Of a stretch of DNA of 64,000 nt, positions 29,257-38,798 are shown one piece after another; the first letter of the stretch is position 1, and every line of letters begins with the position of its first letter. The position numbers and the translations under genes were made by a program. The notes under the pieces are model-generated. The model saw only the letters and a program-made list of their open reading frames with translations, ran no database searches and was not told the origin of the DNA. This stretch comes from Candidatus Binatia bacterium (lineage in GTDB: Bacteria; Desulfobacterota; Binatia; Bin18): contig CAXXHG010000032.1 of NCBI GenBank assembly GCA_963666315.2, positions 104,248-168,247 on the forward strand. Reading direction: 5' to 3'.

Positions 29257-30525
29257 CTATGACCCCGAGGCCTGCAGGCGTTCAACACGCTGGCGTATCT
29301 CTGCGCACAGGGTTAACGCCTGCTGCTTCTTGCCCATTTTCTTAAGCGCTTGCGCGAAGCGTGGACAAATGGGTACGGCACGCTCGTATGCGGCCAAAGC
29401 TTCCCGCTTTTGGCCTATTTTTTCCAATGCCTCGCCCAAATGGGCATGTGCATAGGCGTAATTGGGCGCCAACTGTATCGTCTGCTGCCATTCATTGACT
29501 GCTGTCCGCCAGTCTCCTTTAGCCGCCGCAAGATGGCCCAACCGATTATGTACGTAGGGCGCAGAGGGGACCAACTGCAGCGCTGTGCGATACGCTGCCA
29601 GGGCTGCCGGTGTGTCTCCCGTGGCCTCAAAGGCCCTGGCAAGCTGGACCTGGGCAGTCGCATTATCCGGCTCCAGGCGTAGCGCCTGCTGAAATGCGCC
29701 AACCGCCTCTGGGTACTGTCCGCGTTTCCGGAATGCTACCCCTAACAGATGGTAGGCTTTGGCCGCGTGAGGGGCCGTGCGGACTGTCTCCTGCCACTGA
29801 AGGATAGCCTCATCGACTTTTCCTGCATCATACAGAATCTGTCCCTGCTCAAGGTGATAGCGTGCTTCTTGTGGGAGGGGCTGTGGCGGGGCGGCCTGCT
29901 TCACCTCAATCTTAGGGGAAATAAGAGCCGGAGTTGGGGGAGTTGGGATTGAGGTTGAGATTGGACCCGGCCTCTTGGGGCGGCGCTGGGAAGCTAGTGC
30001 CGTGTTGGACAGCGAAAAGAGGATTTGAGTGTGTGCTCGCGCAGAGACAGCGTCTTGTTCTCCCATTTGCTCGCCGAGTTTGGCAATGACGAGAGTCTCT
30101 TGTTGGTCAACCGAATATGGCGGAGCTGTCCGGCCTTTCAGGTCAAGCACCAGCCGAAGGCGGTGTGGATGAGAACCGGTGCGTACTTGGGCCAGAAATA
30201 TATCTTCTGCCTGGTAGGTGCCAGACGGCAAGTCTTGGACTGGGCCGTGCACATCAATAACCAGACGCGGGGGCGAGGAGAGCGCAAAAGATCGGATCGA
30301 GTCTGGTGGGCGGGAAAAACGAAACAAAACAGTTCTCTGGCTGCCTTTGACTGAGAGGTGTATCTCCTGCAGGCGGAGAGGAGTGGGCTGGGCAAAAACG
30401 CCCGAGGACCAGAAGCCTGCCCAGAGCAGCACAAGAAGGATACTGATCCATACGACAAACCTGGACCCAGGCAGGCGCGCCGCCCAGCGGACTTCAGTCT
30501 TTCTGCATATTTTTAGGGTGATCAC
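29257..30525 (-). CDS. Secreted AMIN-domain and TPR-repeat protein (paralog B)
   Basis: Signal peptide ending VFA, FALSSPPRLVIDV...QVRTGSHPHRLRLVLDL, Pro-rich linker and TPRs. The start abuts the TetR stop. Confidence 0.82.
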   Translation of the reverse strand: MITLKICRKTEVRWAARLPGSRFVVWISILLVLLWAGFWSSGVFAQPTPLRLQEIHLSVKGSQRTVLFRFSRPPDSIRSFALSSPPRLVIDVHGPVQDLPSGTYQAEDIFLAQVRTGSHPHRLRLVLDLKGRTAPPYSVDQQETLVIAKLGEQMGEQDAVSARAHTQILFSLSNTALASQRRPKRPGPISTSIPTPPTPALISPKIEVKQAAPPQPLPQEARYHLEQGQILYDAGKVDEAILQWQETVRTAPHAAKAYHLLGVAFRKRGQYPEAVGAFQQALRLEPDNATAQVQLARAFEATGDTPAALAAYRTALQLVPSAPYVHNRLGHLAAAKGDWRTAVNEWQQTIQLAPNYAYAHAHLGEALEKIGQKREALAAYERAVPICPRFAQALKKMGKKQQALTLCAEIRQRVERLQASGS

Positions 30526-30526
30526 G

Positions 30527-31240
30527 TTATGAGCCGCGAGGCCGGCGTTTGTTTGAACGGAGCTGGCGGGAGACCTTCGCCAGTTCCTGTTCGACCTCTC
30601 CGAGTTTTGTCTCTACTTGGCGCAGACTGCTCGTCACACTCGTGTCGTCCGCTCGTGATTGAGTCGTGAGACTGCCCGATTCTAAGATCTGGGTAAATAC
30701 TCTGATAATCTCATCTGGAGCAATCGCATCTCCAGGCTGATACCAACGGTAGAGCCAGTTACACATGCCCATAAACGCCTGGACCAGCAGTCGGGGGTCT
30801 TCATCAATTATTTCGCCGCGCTGGATACCATTCTCGACTTCCTTTTCCATCAGGCGGTCGATTTCCCAGTGCATCCTGACCACGACCTTCACCGCCTCGG
30901 CTGGCAGGTTGACCTCCTCCCGAAACAGGAAGCGCATCAGCGAGTGCTGCCCGCTGAGCGCGGCGATCTGAAGCTCCATCGCCTGCCGGATTTTCTCTGG
31001 GCGGGATAGGGGACGGGCCACGATGTCTTTCAGTCCTTGCCGATAAGCGGCTAGGGAACGCGTAAAGACCTCGGCCAGGAGGGCAGCCTTACTCTCAAAG
31101 TAGGTGTAGAAAGTGACTCGGGAGATGCCCACCTGGGAGACGATGTCGCCCAGCGTGGTGTTCTGGTAGCCCCGTTCGGTAAAATACGCCGTGGCGACCC
31201 GAATGAGTTCTTCTTCCACCAGATTGCGCGTCCGCGACAT
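30527..31240 (-). CDS. TetR/AcrR family regulator (KstR2-like C-domain with coiled-coil tail)
   Basis: HTH GYQNTTLGDIVSQVGISRVTFYTYFESK and GMCNWLYRWYQP. Confidence 0.88.
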   Translation of the reverse strand: MSRTRNLVEEELIRVATAYFTERGYQNTTLGDIVSQVGISRVTFYTYFESKAALLAEVFTRSLAAYRQGLKDIVARPLSRPEKIRQAMELQIAALSGQHSLMRFLFREEVNLPAEAVKVVVRMHWEIDRLMEKEVENGIQRGEIIDEDPRLLVQAFMGMCNWLYRWYQPGDAIAPDEIIRVFTQILESGSLTTQSRADDTSVTSSLRQVETKLGEVEQELAKVSRQLRSNKRRPRGS

Positions 31241-31293
31241 TGCCCTTCCTGTCCCTACTGTCCTTCCTGAATGGTAGCGCTAGGTTTTCTCCC

Positions 31294-31334
31294 TTGACTT
31301 AACCGGGGAGCGCTACTACTTTACCTGAAGTAAA
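31294..31334 (+). promoter_or_regulatory. Sigma70-type promoter with a palindromic candidate TetR operator
   Basis: TTGACT-N17-TACTTT, overlapped by TTTAC-CTGAA-GTAAA (31320-31334), in the divergent TetR/DUF1329 spacer. Confidence 0.5.
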
Positions 31335-31436
31335 ACTATTTGAACCTTTGTAAGAATCAATACTTATCTGTCATGTCAAGGAGGACAGGTTTGTCGTACC
31401 GAGGGCAGGTCTGTCCTATTTATTAAGGAGGACAGT

Positions 31437-32759
31437 GTGCCGGGTTACCAAACTCCGCGCTGGATGTGTGTCAGACAATTGAGCTTCCTCATGATGCTGG
31501 GGTTAGTGCTGGGAGGTTGGTGCAGACCCTCTCTCTCGGCTGCCGAAGATCAGAGCTATGACGCCCTGCGGCACTGGATCGACCAGTATCAGCCCGACGC
31601 ACAGGTGACCCCTGGCCAGCATCTCACCGAGAAAGACCGGAAAGGTTTGCTGGAGCCGCTCATCCCCCAGTCGGCGTGGGACTACTACTTTTTTGACGGT
31701 CTGGACATGGAGATTGCGGCAACCGGACACTACCCGCCGCCAGCGGAGTGGGGCAAGAATGTCCCCTCCGACTACACGTTGGATGAGCGTGGTGTCCTGG
31801 TGGGGTTTACCGGTGGAGGATTTCCCTTTGCGGATATCACAGCCGACGATCCGCGCGCGGCCCATAAAGTCGTTTGGAATATGCTCTGGCGGCCTGGAGC
31901 CGAGGGCTACGTCATGCCGATGGTAGCCTGGTTGCGGAGTGAGAACGGGCAGCTCGACCGGAAGTTGGAGTTTACCGCCCTGAGCTCCCGATACGCCCAG
32001 GGTGCCCACTGTCTAGTGCCGGGCTATGAAGAGATAAGAACCAAACAGCTCATGGAGTTCCGCTCGCCGCGGGATATGGCTGGCGCCAAGACGCTCACCA
32101 AAACCTATGTGGACCACTACAAAGAAGATGCCGGCTGGCTGTATATGCCCGCGCAGCGCAAGCCCCGACGTACGCTGGCCTCCGAGCGCACGAGCGAGTT
32201 GATGGGCATGGATTACACCATGGAAGACGCCATGGGATTCGGCGGGAAGGTATACGAGCACAACTGGATTTATTTGGGTAAAAGAGCGGTTCTGGCCACG
32301 ATCAATGTGCGTGACAACCCCGAGGCGGGCGGCCCGCACCTCTGGGTGCCGAACAAAGCCCGCTGGGAAGTACGCGAGAGTCATGTCCTCTTGATAGAGC
32401 CTAAAGCTAAAAACCACCCTTACAGCCACAAGATTGTGTTTATCGATACAGAGACGTTCTGGACGCTATGGATGTTCGGCTTCGATCGACAAGATGATCA
32501 GCTCTTACGTATGAACCAGCATTTTTTGAAGTATTCCGAGAGCTATGCCGACGAGGTGACTCAGCAAGCGCCCTATATGCAATTAGATTTCTCGAATAAC
32601 GTCGGGCACCGCGTGCTCATTCACTTGGGGGAAACGGATATCAACGCCAAGAAGCCGCATGCCACCTTCACTCATTGCTATGTGATGATGAAAGATTTCT
32701 CTCCAGGTCGAGCCAAGCAGTTTTACTCACTGCGCAATATGGTCAGCGGCCGGCGCTAG
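31437..32759 (+). CDS. DUF1329 family periplasmic (LolA-like) protein
   Basis: GGFPFADI.ADDP.AA.KVVWN, SPRDMAG, WLYMPAQRKPRR, WEVRESHVL..PK..HPYSHKIVFIDTETF; RBS AAGGAGG. Confidence 0.85.
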   Translation: MPGYQTPRWMCVRQLSFLMMLGLVLGGWCRPSLSAAEDQSYDALRHWIDQYQPDAQVTPGQHLTEKDRKGLLEPLIPQSAWDYYFFDGLDMEIAATGHYPPPAEWGKNVPSDYTLDERGVLVGFTGGGFPFADITADDPRAAHKVVWNMLWRPGAEGYVMPMVAWLRSENGQLDRKLEFTALSSRYAQGAHCLVPGYEEIRTKQLMEFRSPRDMAGAKTLTKTYVDHYKEDAGWLYMPAQRKPRRTLASERTSELMGMDYTMEDAMGFGGKVYEHNWIYLGKRAVLATINVRDNPEAGGPHLWVPNKARWEVRESHVLLIEPKAKNHPYSHKIVFIDTETFWTLWMFGFDRQDDQLLRMNQHFLKYSESYADEVTQQAPYMQLDFSNNVGHRVLIHLGETDINAKKPHATFTHCYVMMKDFSPGRAKQFYSLRNMVSGRR

Positions 32760-32834
32760 TTGGTGGTGTCCCCCAGGGCAGGAAGTGTTCTCTCTCCGCG
32801 CCTCCTGCCCCTCCTATTGGAGGCTGAACGAATA

Positions 32835-34436
32835 ATGGCCACACTCCGAAAATATAGTATTCTTTTTTTGCTTCTCTTGAGTCCGGTGCTGTTGCCGGCA
32901 GTTTCGTGGGGCATCATTAATGTCACGGATGATTTGGAGCTCGAAGGGTTTGTGAAAACCCAGAACACCCTGCGCACGCCCATGTTCCGGGACGCCGAGT
33001 TCATCATGCAGCGCAATACGGCTCAGCTCGAAGGCAAGTATTATTTCTTGCGCGACAGTCTCGCCTTTGACTGGTTTGCGACCGGTCCGCTGGAAGAGGC
33101 CACCCTCACCCTCATCGGCCGGGGCGTGTACGACTCGATTTACGACATTCGGGACACCTATAGTCAGGCGTTTAGCCCGGACGAGAAACTCAACCGCAAG
33201 TTCGAGTATAAACTGCGCGAGGCCTTCGTGGATCTGGTGCTGCCCCCGTTTACGATCCGGCTGGGTCGTCAACAAGTCGTATGGGGCGAAACCGATAATT
33301 TTCGCGCGCTCGACGTGATTAACCCCCTAGACCTGCGTTGGCACTGGAGTTGGGAACCGTGGGAGGATATTCGCATCCCGCTGTGGATGGCGCGGGCTAT
33401 TTACGACATCGGCAAGATTGGGCCGTTGGAAGAATCCTTTATCGAGGGCATCTGGATACCGTGGGATTTCCAGCCGAACAAGATTACGGCTGACCCGCGC
33501 CGCCCGTGGGCGTTTACGGGGGATGGCTTGGCTACGGGCGCCAACTCGGCCATCATCGGCGGTCAGCTCTTTGACCTGGACCTCACCGTGCGAGACGGCA
33601 AACCGAGTAAAAAGCTGAAAAACGGCCAGGCGGGAGTGCGTTTTAAGGCGGTCTGGGGCGGCATTGATTTTAGCCTGAACTATTTCTATGGGTTTTCGGC
33701 CGACACCGGGGCCAAGGTGCGTACAGATCTTGCACGGCTCAACGGGAACACCCTGCACGCGGTGGTCGACACCGGCAACCCGCGCTCACACGTCGTGGGT
33801 CTAGCAGCCAATTATTCTGAAGAACGCTACACCCAGTCCGTCTACCGGCTAGAGACCACCTTTACCACCGGGGTGCCGGTGACCATTGCGCCAGGGGCAT
33901 CACTGCGGATCGATCCGGACCAGAATCAGTTTGCTACGGCTCGCCGGTCGGTGGTGATGCTGGCCATAGACCGGCCGACCTGGATCCGCCCGCTGAACAA
34001 TTTGCGGACATTCTTTATTTCTACTCAGTTTTTCTGGCGACGGTATTTGGATTATAGCCGCCTGTATCGCGGCATCCCATCCGTGCGGCGCGCCAGCGTG
34101 GGCGGCGCGGTGGTGCCGGGGCGGTTTGTGAGTCTGAATGCCGACAAACTCGATCAGAACGAGTTTGTCATCACCTTTGCCGCTTCAACCAGCTATGGCC
34201 CGGCCGGGCGGTGGCAGCCGCTGTTCGTGTTCGCGTTGGATCCCCTGTCGACGGGGGCGTATAACAAGCTCCAGATGGATTATTTGTGGTCGAATTACAT
34301 TATTTTCCGGCTGGAGCAAAATTTCTTTTGGCGGGTGAGCGGCCATGACCCTGGGCCGTGGGCGCTGGGGGATTCCTGGGGCCGGCCCGGTGCGAGTCGG
34401 CATGAAACGGTCGCGACTATGATCTTTCAGTTTTGA
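32835..34436 (+). CDS. DUF1302 family outer-membrane beta-barrel protein
   Basis: LREAFVDL, RLGRQQVVWGETDNFRALDVINPLDL, EDIRIPLWM, and a terminal Phe (MIFQF). Confidence 0.85.
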   Translation: MATLRKYSILFLLLLSPVLLPAVSWGIINVTDDLELEGFVKTQNTLRTPMFRDAEFIMQRNTAQLEGKYYFLRDSLAFDWFATGPLEEATLTLIGRGVYDSIYDIRDTYSQAFSPDEKLNRKFEYKLREAFVDLVLPPFTIRLGRQQVVWGETDNFRALDVINPLDLRWHWSWEPWEDIRIPLWMARAIYDIGKIGPLEESFIEGIWIPWDFQPNKITADPRRPWAFTGDGLATGANSAIIGGQLFDLDLTVRDGKPSKKLKNGQAGVRFKAVWGGIDFSLNYFYGFSADTGAKVRTDLARLNGNTLHAVVDTGNPRSHVVGLAANYSEERYTQSVYRLETTFTTGVPVTIAPGASLRIDPDQNQFATARRSVVMLAIDRPTWIRPLNNLRTFFISTQFFWRRYLDYSRLYRGIPSVRRASVGGAVVPGRFVSLNADKLDQNEFVITFAASTSYGPAGRWQPLFVFALDPLSTGAYNKLQMDYLWSNYIIFRLEQNFFWRVSGHDPGPWALGDSWGRPGASRHETVATMIFQF

Positions 34437-35008
34437 ACTTTTGAACTTTTGAACTTGCCTGCACCGCTAGGCCTTTTGCTGAGCCGCTTTTTGGATGTGG
34501 TATCAGTCCCGAGACTCCCGATAGCAGCGTCGTTTATGGTGAGGGGTCCGCTCCGGAAAAAGGCCAGCCCATTATGGATTTCCTCAGGTGAGAGTTTGGC
34601 GAGTAAGGGGCGTATATAATCTCGCCCTTGCGCGACCATAATGGTTAAAAAGCGTTCTCCTTTCGCCGTCAGCGTGACCACCTTCTCCCGCGCCGAGTAG
34701 GGATCTTCGGTCAAACGAACCAGACTCAAGGGCGGACGATCCATCGCGCGCAGTGCTCGCGTAATCGGCGGACCGCTAATTTCAAACCAGGTCGCGATCA
34801 ACCGTTGGATGTCTTTGCGCCGTATCTGGCGCCCCTCGATGCCCTCCGCGCGAATCAGCCATAACATCGCCACCTGCTTGCGGTTAAGCTGCCCATTGCC
34901 GAGGACCTCTTCCAGCACCTTCCCCACCCGGTAGTGGACCGGATAGAAGTACTCCAAGAACTCAGCCGCCAGATCTATCTTCTCCTTGACACGTGCTCTG
35001 CGCGCCAT
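34427..35008 (-). CDS. MarR-family winged-helix regulator
   Basis: ISGPPITRALRAM...LVRLTEDPYSAREKVVTLTAKGERF. Confidence 0.8.
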   Translation of the reverse strand: MARRARVKEKIDLAAEFLEYFYPVHYRVGKVLEEVLGNGQLNRKQVAMLWLIRAEGIEGRQIRRKDIQRLIATWFEISGPPITRALRAMDRPPLSLVRLTEDPYSAREKVVTLTAKGERFLTIMVAQGRDYIRPLLAKLSPEEIHNGLAFFRSGPLTINDAAIGSLGTDTTSKKRLSKRPSGAGKFKSSKVQN

Positions 35009-35080
35009 TTCTACTCCTGCGTTGCCATGCTATGAGGAAGAGTTTCTCACTGAAATAGAGTCATGCATAGTAGAGTTATA

Positions 35081-35125
35081 TTGACAGTGCAAAAAATATA
35101 TGCTTTTTATTGCATATCGCAATAA
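35081..35125 (+). promoter_or_regulatory. Promoter -35 element and candidate MarR operator
   Basis: TTGACA at 35081 in an AT-rich spacer; perfect palindrome TTATTGC-ATATC-GCAATAA at 35107-35125. Confidence 0.55.
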
Positions 35126-35160
35126 TTTCACTCTGCATATTATTCATACGGAAACAAATA

Positions 35161-35250
35161 ATGGAATATAACCCTTTTGACCCGGCGGTCAAAGAAAACC
35201 CCTATTTGGCGCCTTGCGCGGCCTGAAAACCCTGCCGCTTATTGTCTCAT
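35161..35250 (+). pseudogene. Cytochrome P450 relic (N- and C-termini joined by an internal deletion)
   Basis: MEYNPFDPAVKENPY, typical of bacterial P450 N-termini, is directly followed by LRGLKTLPLIV, typical of P450 C-termini. Confidence 0.6.
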
Positions 35251-35319
35251 GGATGACACGCGCACCTTTGTCAGGCCATTCATCCAGCTCATGCGCAGTG
35301 AAGAAAGGAGCCGATCTTG

Positions 35320-36726
35320 ATGCAGCCCAACAGTCGTACGTGGGCCAGCCTGTTTCTTGTTACGTGTTTCACCTTGGCTGTCCAGGCGTGGGCCGGCCCG
35401 CAGATTTCCGCGCTAGACTCTCCGGACCGGATTCAATTTTCGTCCTTTGCGTCAGCGCTGGCCATAGTCGGGGATATCGATGGGGACCAGATCCCGGATT
35501 ATGTGGTGGGTGCGTATAACCAACCCTCGGGCGGGCATGAGCACCAGGGCCGGGCCTTTGTCTTCAGCGGGAGGACGAGCAAGCTCCTCCTCACGCTGGA
35601 TAACCCGTTCCCTCAGCCCAACGCGGCCTTCGGCTTTTCCGTCGCCGCTGCCGGCGATGTCAATCAGGATGGCGTTCCAGACTTGCTGGTTGGCGCCTTT
35701 GGACAGGGCGAGGCGGGGAGCGCGTTGGCGCTCCTCGTAGGCTGGAGCCACGGGCAACGCGACTTGCAGAATGTCACAAAACAGGTCAGCAGTGGCCAGG
35801 CGTTTGTCTTTAGCGGTAAAGACGGCCGGCATTTATACGCCTTGGAGGCTCCTCGCCAGCATGCCGGCGCCGGTTTTGGATGGTCGGTCGCCTCGCTAGG
35901 CGATGTGACCGCGGACGGCATTCCTGAACTTGTGGTTGGTGCCCAAGGCCAAGACGATGCAGGGCGCGCTTTTGTCTTCGATGGCCACGACGGCCGGTTA
36001 CTCCTGACGCTAGCCCCGCCAGCCGATACTGAGCGGGCGGGTTTCGGCTGGTCGGTTGCCAATGCGGGGGATATCGACCAAGACGGACTCACCGACATTT
36101 TGGTTGGAGCACCGTATAGTACAATCGATGGGCGTTCCGTGCAGGGACGAGCGTATGTGTTCAGCGCGAAAGACGGCACCGTTCTTCTGACCCTGGATGA
36201 TCCACAGCCCCAGGCGGGTGCCTCGTTCGGCTGGTGTGTGCGTCCTGCGGGAGACCTGAACAAAGATAATATCCCGGACATCCTGGTTGGAGCACCCTAC
36301 CAGGATGTCGGCGCGAATGCCGCCCAAGGCGCAGCGTTTGCCTATAGCGGCAAGGACGGGGCAGTCTTATTGACGTTGCACGATCCCGTGTCACGTCCCC
36401 AGGCCGGCTTTGGCTGGTATCTGGCTGCGAGTGAAGATGTGAACACCGATGGGATACCGGAGATCCTGGTTGGTGCTCCTTTCCAGAGTGTGGATGAGTT
36501 TCACGTCCAGGGCGAAGTCTTTCTCTACAACGGGCGAGATGGCCGCCACTTGATCACGTTTGATAATCCCTACCCACACCAAGGGTCGATGTTTGGCTAC
36601 ACGCTCGCCTCACCCGGAGACACGAACGGCGATAACATCCCTGAGTTTGTATTTGGCACGCCGGGGCAACATCTGAGGGATACCGTGGCCGCCGGACGGG
36701 TGTTTACCTTTGTCTCTGCGCGCTAG
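35320..36726 (+). CDS. Secreted FG-GAP repeat (integrin-alpha-like beta-propeller) protein
   Basis: Signal peptide ending AWA and seven repeats of FG.SVA.AGD.N.DG.PD.LVGAP...G.AFVFSG.DG. Confidence 0.9.
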   Translation: MQPNSRTWASLFLVTCFTLAVQAWAGPQISALDSPDRIQFSSFASALAIVGDIDGDQIPDYVVGAYNQPSGGHEHQGRAFVFSGRTSKLLLTLDNPFPQPNAAFGFSVAAAGDVNQDGVPDLLVGAFGQGEAGSALALLVGWSHGQRDLQNVTKQVSSGQAFVFSGKDGRHLYALEAPRQHAGAGFGWSVASLGDVTADGIPELVVGAQGQDDAGRAFVFDGHDGRLLLTLAPPADTERAGFGWSVANAGDIDQDGLTDILVGAPYSTIDGRSVQGRAYVFSAKDGTVLLTLDDPQPQAGASFGWCVRPAGDLNKDNIPDILVGAPYQDVGANAAQGAAFAYSGKDGAVLLTLHDPVSRPQAGFGWYLAASEDVNTDGIPEILVGAPFQSVDEFHVQGEVFLYNGRDGRHLITFDNPYPHQGSMFGYTLASPGDTNGDNIPEFVFGTPGQHLRDTVAAGRVFTFVSAR

Positions 36727-36963
36727 CCTACGCAAACCCGACCGCTGTCTGTGTGACCGGAGTAACCGGGTACAAGCATATCTCAATCCCTGAGCAGGAG
36801 GTGCCGTATGCCGTTCAACAAAGTGTGTGCGGATCGTTTGTACCAGAAGACGGGAAGCCCAAACGAAAAGAGATGACGCCGCGTCCAGCAGCTAGCGGAT
36901 GACATTTTCGCTGACCTGTTTGCTTCCCGTGCTTGTCGAAAACAGAACGCGCCGGAACGGACG

Positions 36964-37470
36964 GTGGCTGCGACACGACCGCCATCCTCCGTACTCAAAA
37001 AGGTCTCGTTTGTCTTGATACTGATGAGTTGCTTCGTCACGGCATATGCGGAAAAGCCGATGGGGCCGAAAGAAGAGCAGGCCATTAAGCTGGTACAAGG
37101 GCATACGCTGGGGCAGGGATATTTCAGCGTCGTCTCCAATGTCGCGCAAAAGGCGCAAGACGCACGGCTGGCCGGCAATGCCTGATCGCGACAATCATGG
37201 CAGGCGGGTCTGCCCTCCCAGACCGACTGTCTTCTGAATACGCTCAGTCAATTTTTCAATGTGTTTGAAGCGCCGGGGCGTCGCTGGGTGCGGCTGACCT
37301 ACACGGATAACAACGGCGCCCACGAAGCGGTGTGGAACGTAGATATTTATAGCAAGCAGGTCAACCCTCGCGACACGCCTGCCCAAGAGCTGATATTGCC
37401 GCCCAACACCGGAAGAGCCGTATTGCCGGACGACCTGACTGGACTGGGGACGTTTGCTGGGGGCAACTAG
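36964..37470 (+). pseudogene. Secreted hypothetical protein with an in-frame TGA at 37183-37185
   Basis: Signal peptide ending AYA. The frame continues through the TGA into the 37261-37470 ORF (GNA*SRQSWQAG...). Confidence 0.55.
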
Positions 37471-37545
37471 GAGAAAACAGAACCATGTCTGCGTACTCAG
37501 CCATAGGCAAAGAGGCTGGGTCAGCATCAAGAATGCTCACCCGAT

Positions 37546-38772
37546 CTACGATCCGGGGGCACGCAGAAGTTTGATCCGCTGTCTCACTTCCGTCGCAAAG
37601 GACGCGTCGGGGGCGAGCTGAACTGCACGCTCGTACGCACTGAGCGCCTGGGTCTTTTTCCCCAGCTGCTCTAATGCCTCACCTAGGTTTGCATGAGTGT
37701 AGGCATAGTCCGGATCTAACTGAACGGCGGATTGCCACTCCTCGGCGGCCTGCTGTACATCGCCCGTGGAGGCCAAGATGTGTCCCAGTTGATCATGGAT
37801 ATACGCCGAGGTAGGGACAAGCTGGATCGCTTTGCGGTAGGCGGCAATGGCCTCCTGGGTATCCCCCTTATTCGCCAGTGCTCGGGCAAGATGGACGTAC
37901 GCCATGGCATTATCCGGGTCGAGACGTAGCGACGTCTGGAGCGTGCTCACCGCGCGTAGATGCTCTCCGCTATCTCCCAGGGCCAAGCCCATGAGATGAT
38001 GCGCCTTGGCATTGGCCGGCGACAAGCGAACGGTTTCGCTCCACTCGGCGATCGCCTTATCTAATTCCCCCCTGTCATAGAACACTTGTCCTTGCTCAAG
38101 ATGAGCGAGTGCCAGCGAGGATAAAGTCCGCCCAGACTGAGAGTCCGCCTGACGGGGTGTCAGCGGAGCTGGTGGTGTCTTCTGCGTGACAGGGCGAGGC
38201 GGCGGCGGCGTTTTTGGAAAGGATGTCAGAGGCGCTGCTGGGAGTGCTTCGGGCGCGCGCGGGAGGGCCGCCTTACGGATGGGGGGAGACGTTGTCCCCT
38301 TTTTTGGGTGTGAAAAGAGGATCTGGGTAAAAGCCTCATTAAGTCTGTTGTTTTTCTGAGTAAACACAATAGCGACGAGGGTCTGGCGCTGTTCGACGAC
38401 AAAGGGCGGGATTTTGGATCCTTTCAGATCAAGGACGAGACGGAGATGATGTGGGTGCGCACCGAGGCGGACTTGCGTGAGCAGGGCGTCTTCTGCCGGG
38501 TAGGTTCCGGACGGCATGGCCTGGACAGGGCCGTTTACATCAACGACCAGTCGCGACGGCGACGACAATGCAAAGGAGTGAATCGAGTCGGGCGGACGCG
38601 AAAAACGAAAGAGTACGGACCTGCGCTTCCCTTCAACAGAAAGTTGGATCTTGTCCAGCTGCAGAACGTCAGACTGGAGAGGTGGCTGGGAAAAGGCAGG
38701 CACAGACCTCACCACTATCCAGATAGCCACCCAGATGGCCGCAGCAATCACGCACAGCCCTGTTCTAGTCAT
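37546..38772 (-). CDS. Secreted AMIN-domain and TPR-repeat protein (paralog C)
   Basis: Signal peptide ending AFS, FALSSPSRLVVDV...QVRLGAHPHHLRLVLDL, Pro-rich linker and TPRs; clearly homologous to A and B. Confidence 0.83.
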   Translation of the reverse strand: MTRTGLCVIAAAIWVAIWIVVRSVPAFSQPPLQSDVLQLDKIQLSVEGKRRSVLFRFSRPPDSIHSFALSSPSRLVVDVNGPVQAMPSGTYPAEDALLTQVRLGAHPHHLRLVLDLKGSKIPPFVVEQRQTLVAIVFTQKNNRLNEAFTQILFSHPKKGTTSPPIRKAALPRAPEALPAAPLTSFPKTPPPPRPVTQKTPPAPLTPRQADSQSGRTLSSLALAHLEQGQVFYDRGELDKAIAEWSETVRLSPANAKAHHLMGLALGDSGEHLRAVSTLQTSLRLDPDNAMAYVHLARALANKGDTQEAIAAYRKAIQLVPTSAYIHDQLGHILASTGDVQQAAEEWQSAVQLDPDYAYTHANLGEALEQLGKKTQALSAYERAVQLAPDASFATEVRQRIKLLRAPGS

Positions 38773-38798
38773 TGCTCTCTGTCCTCTCCTTATCGGTT

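Noticed and set aside
27855-38772. Type IV pilus secretin (PilQ) or AmiC amidase call for the AMIN proteins
   Set aside because: No secretin or amidase catalytic domain follows AMIN, only TPRs, and no pil genes are nearby.
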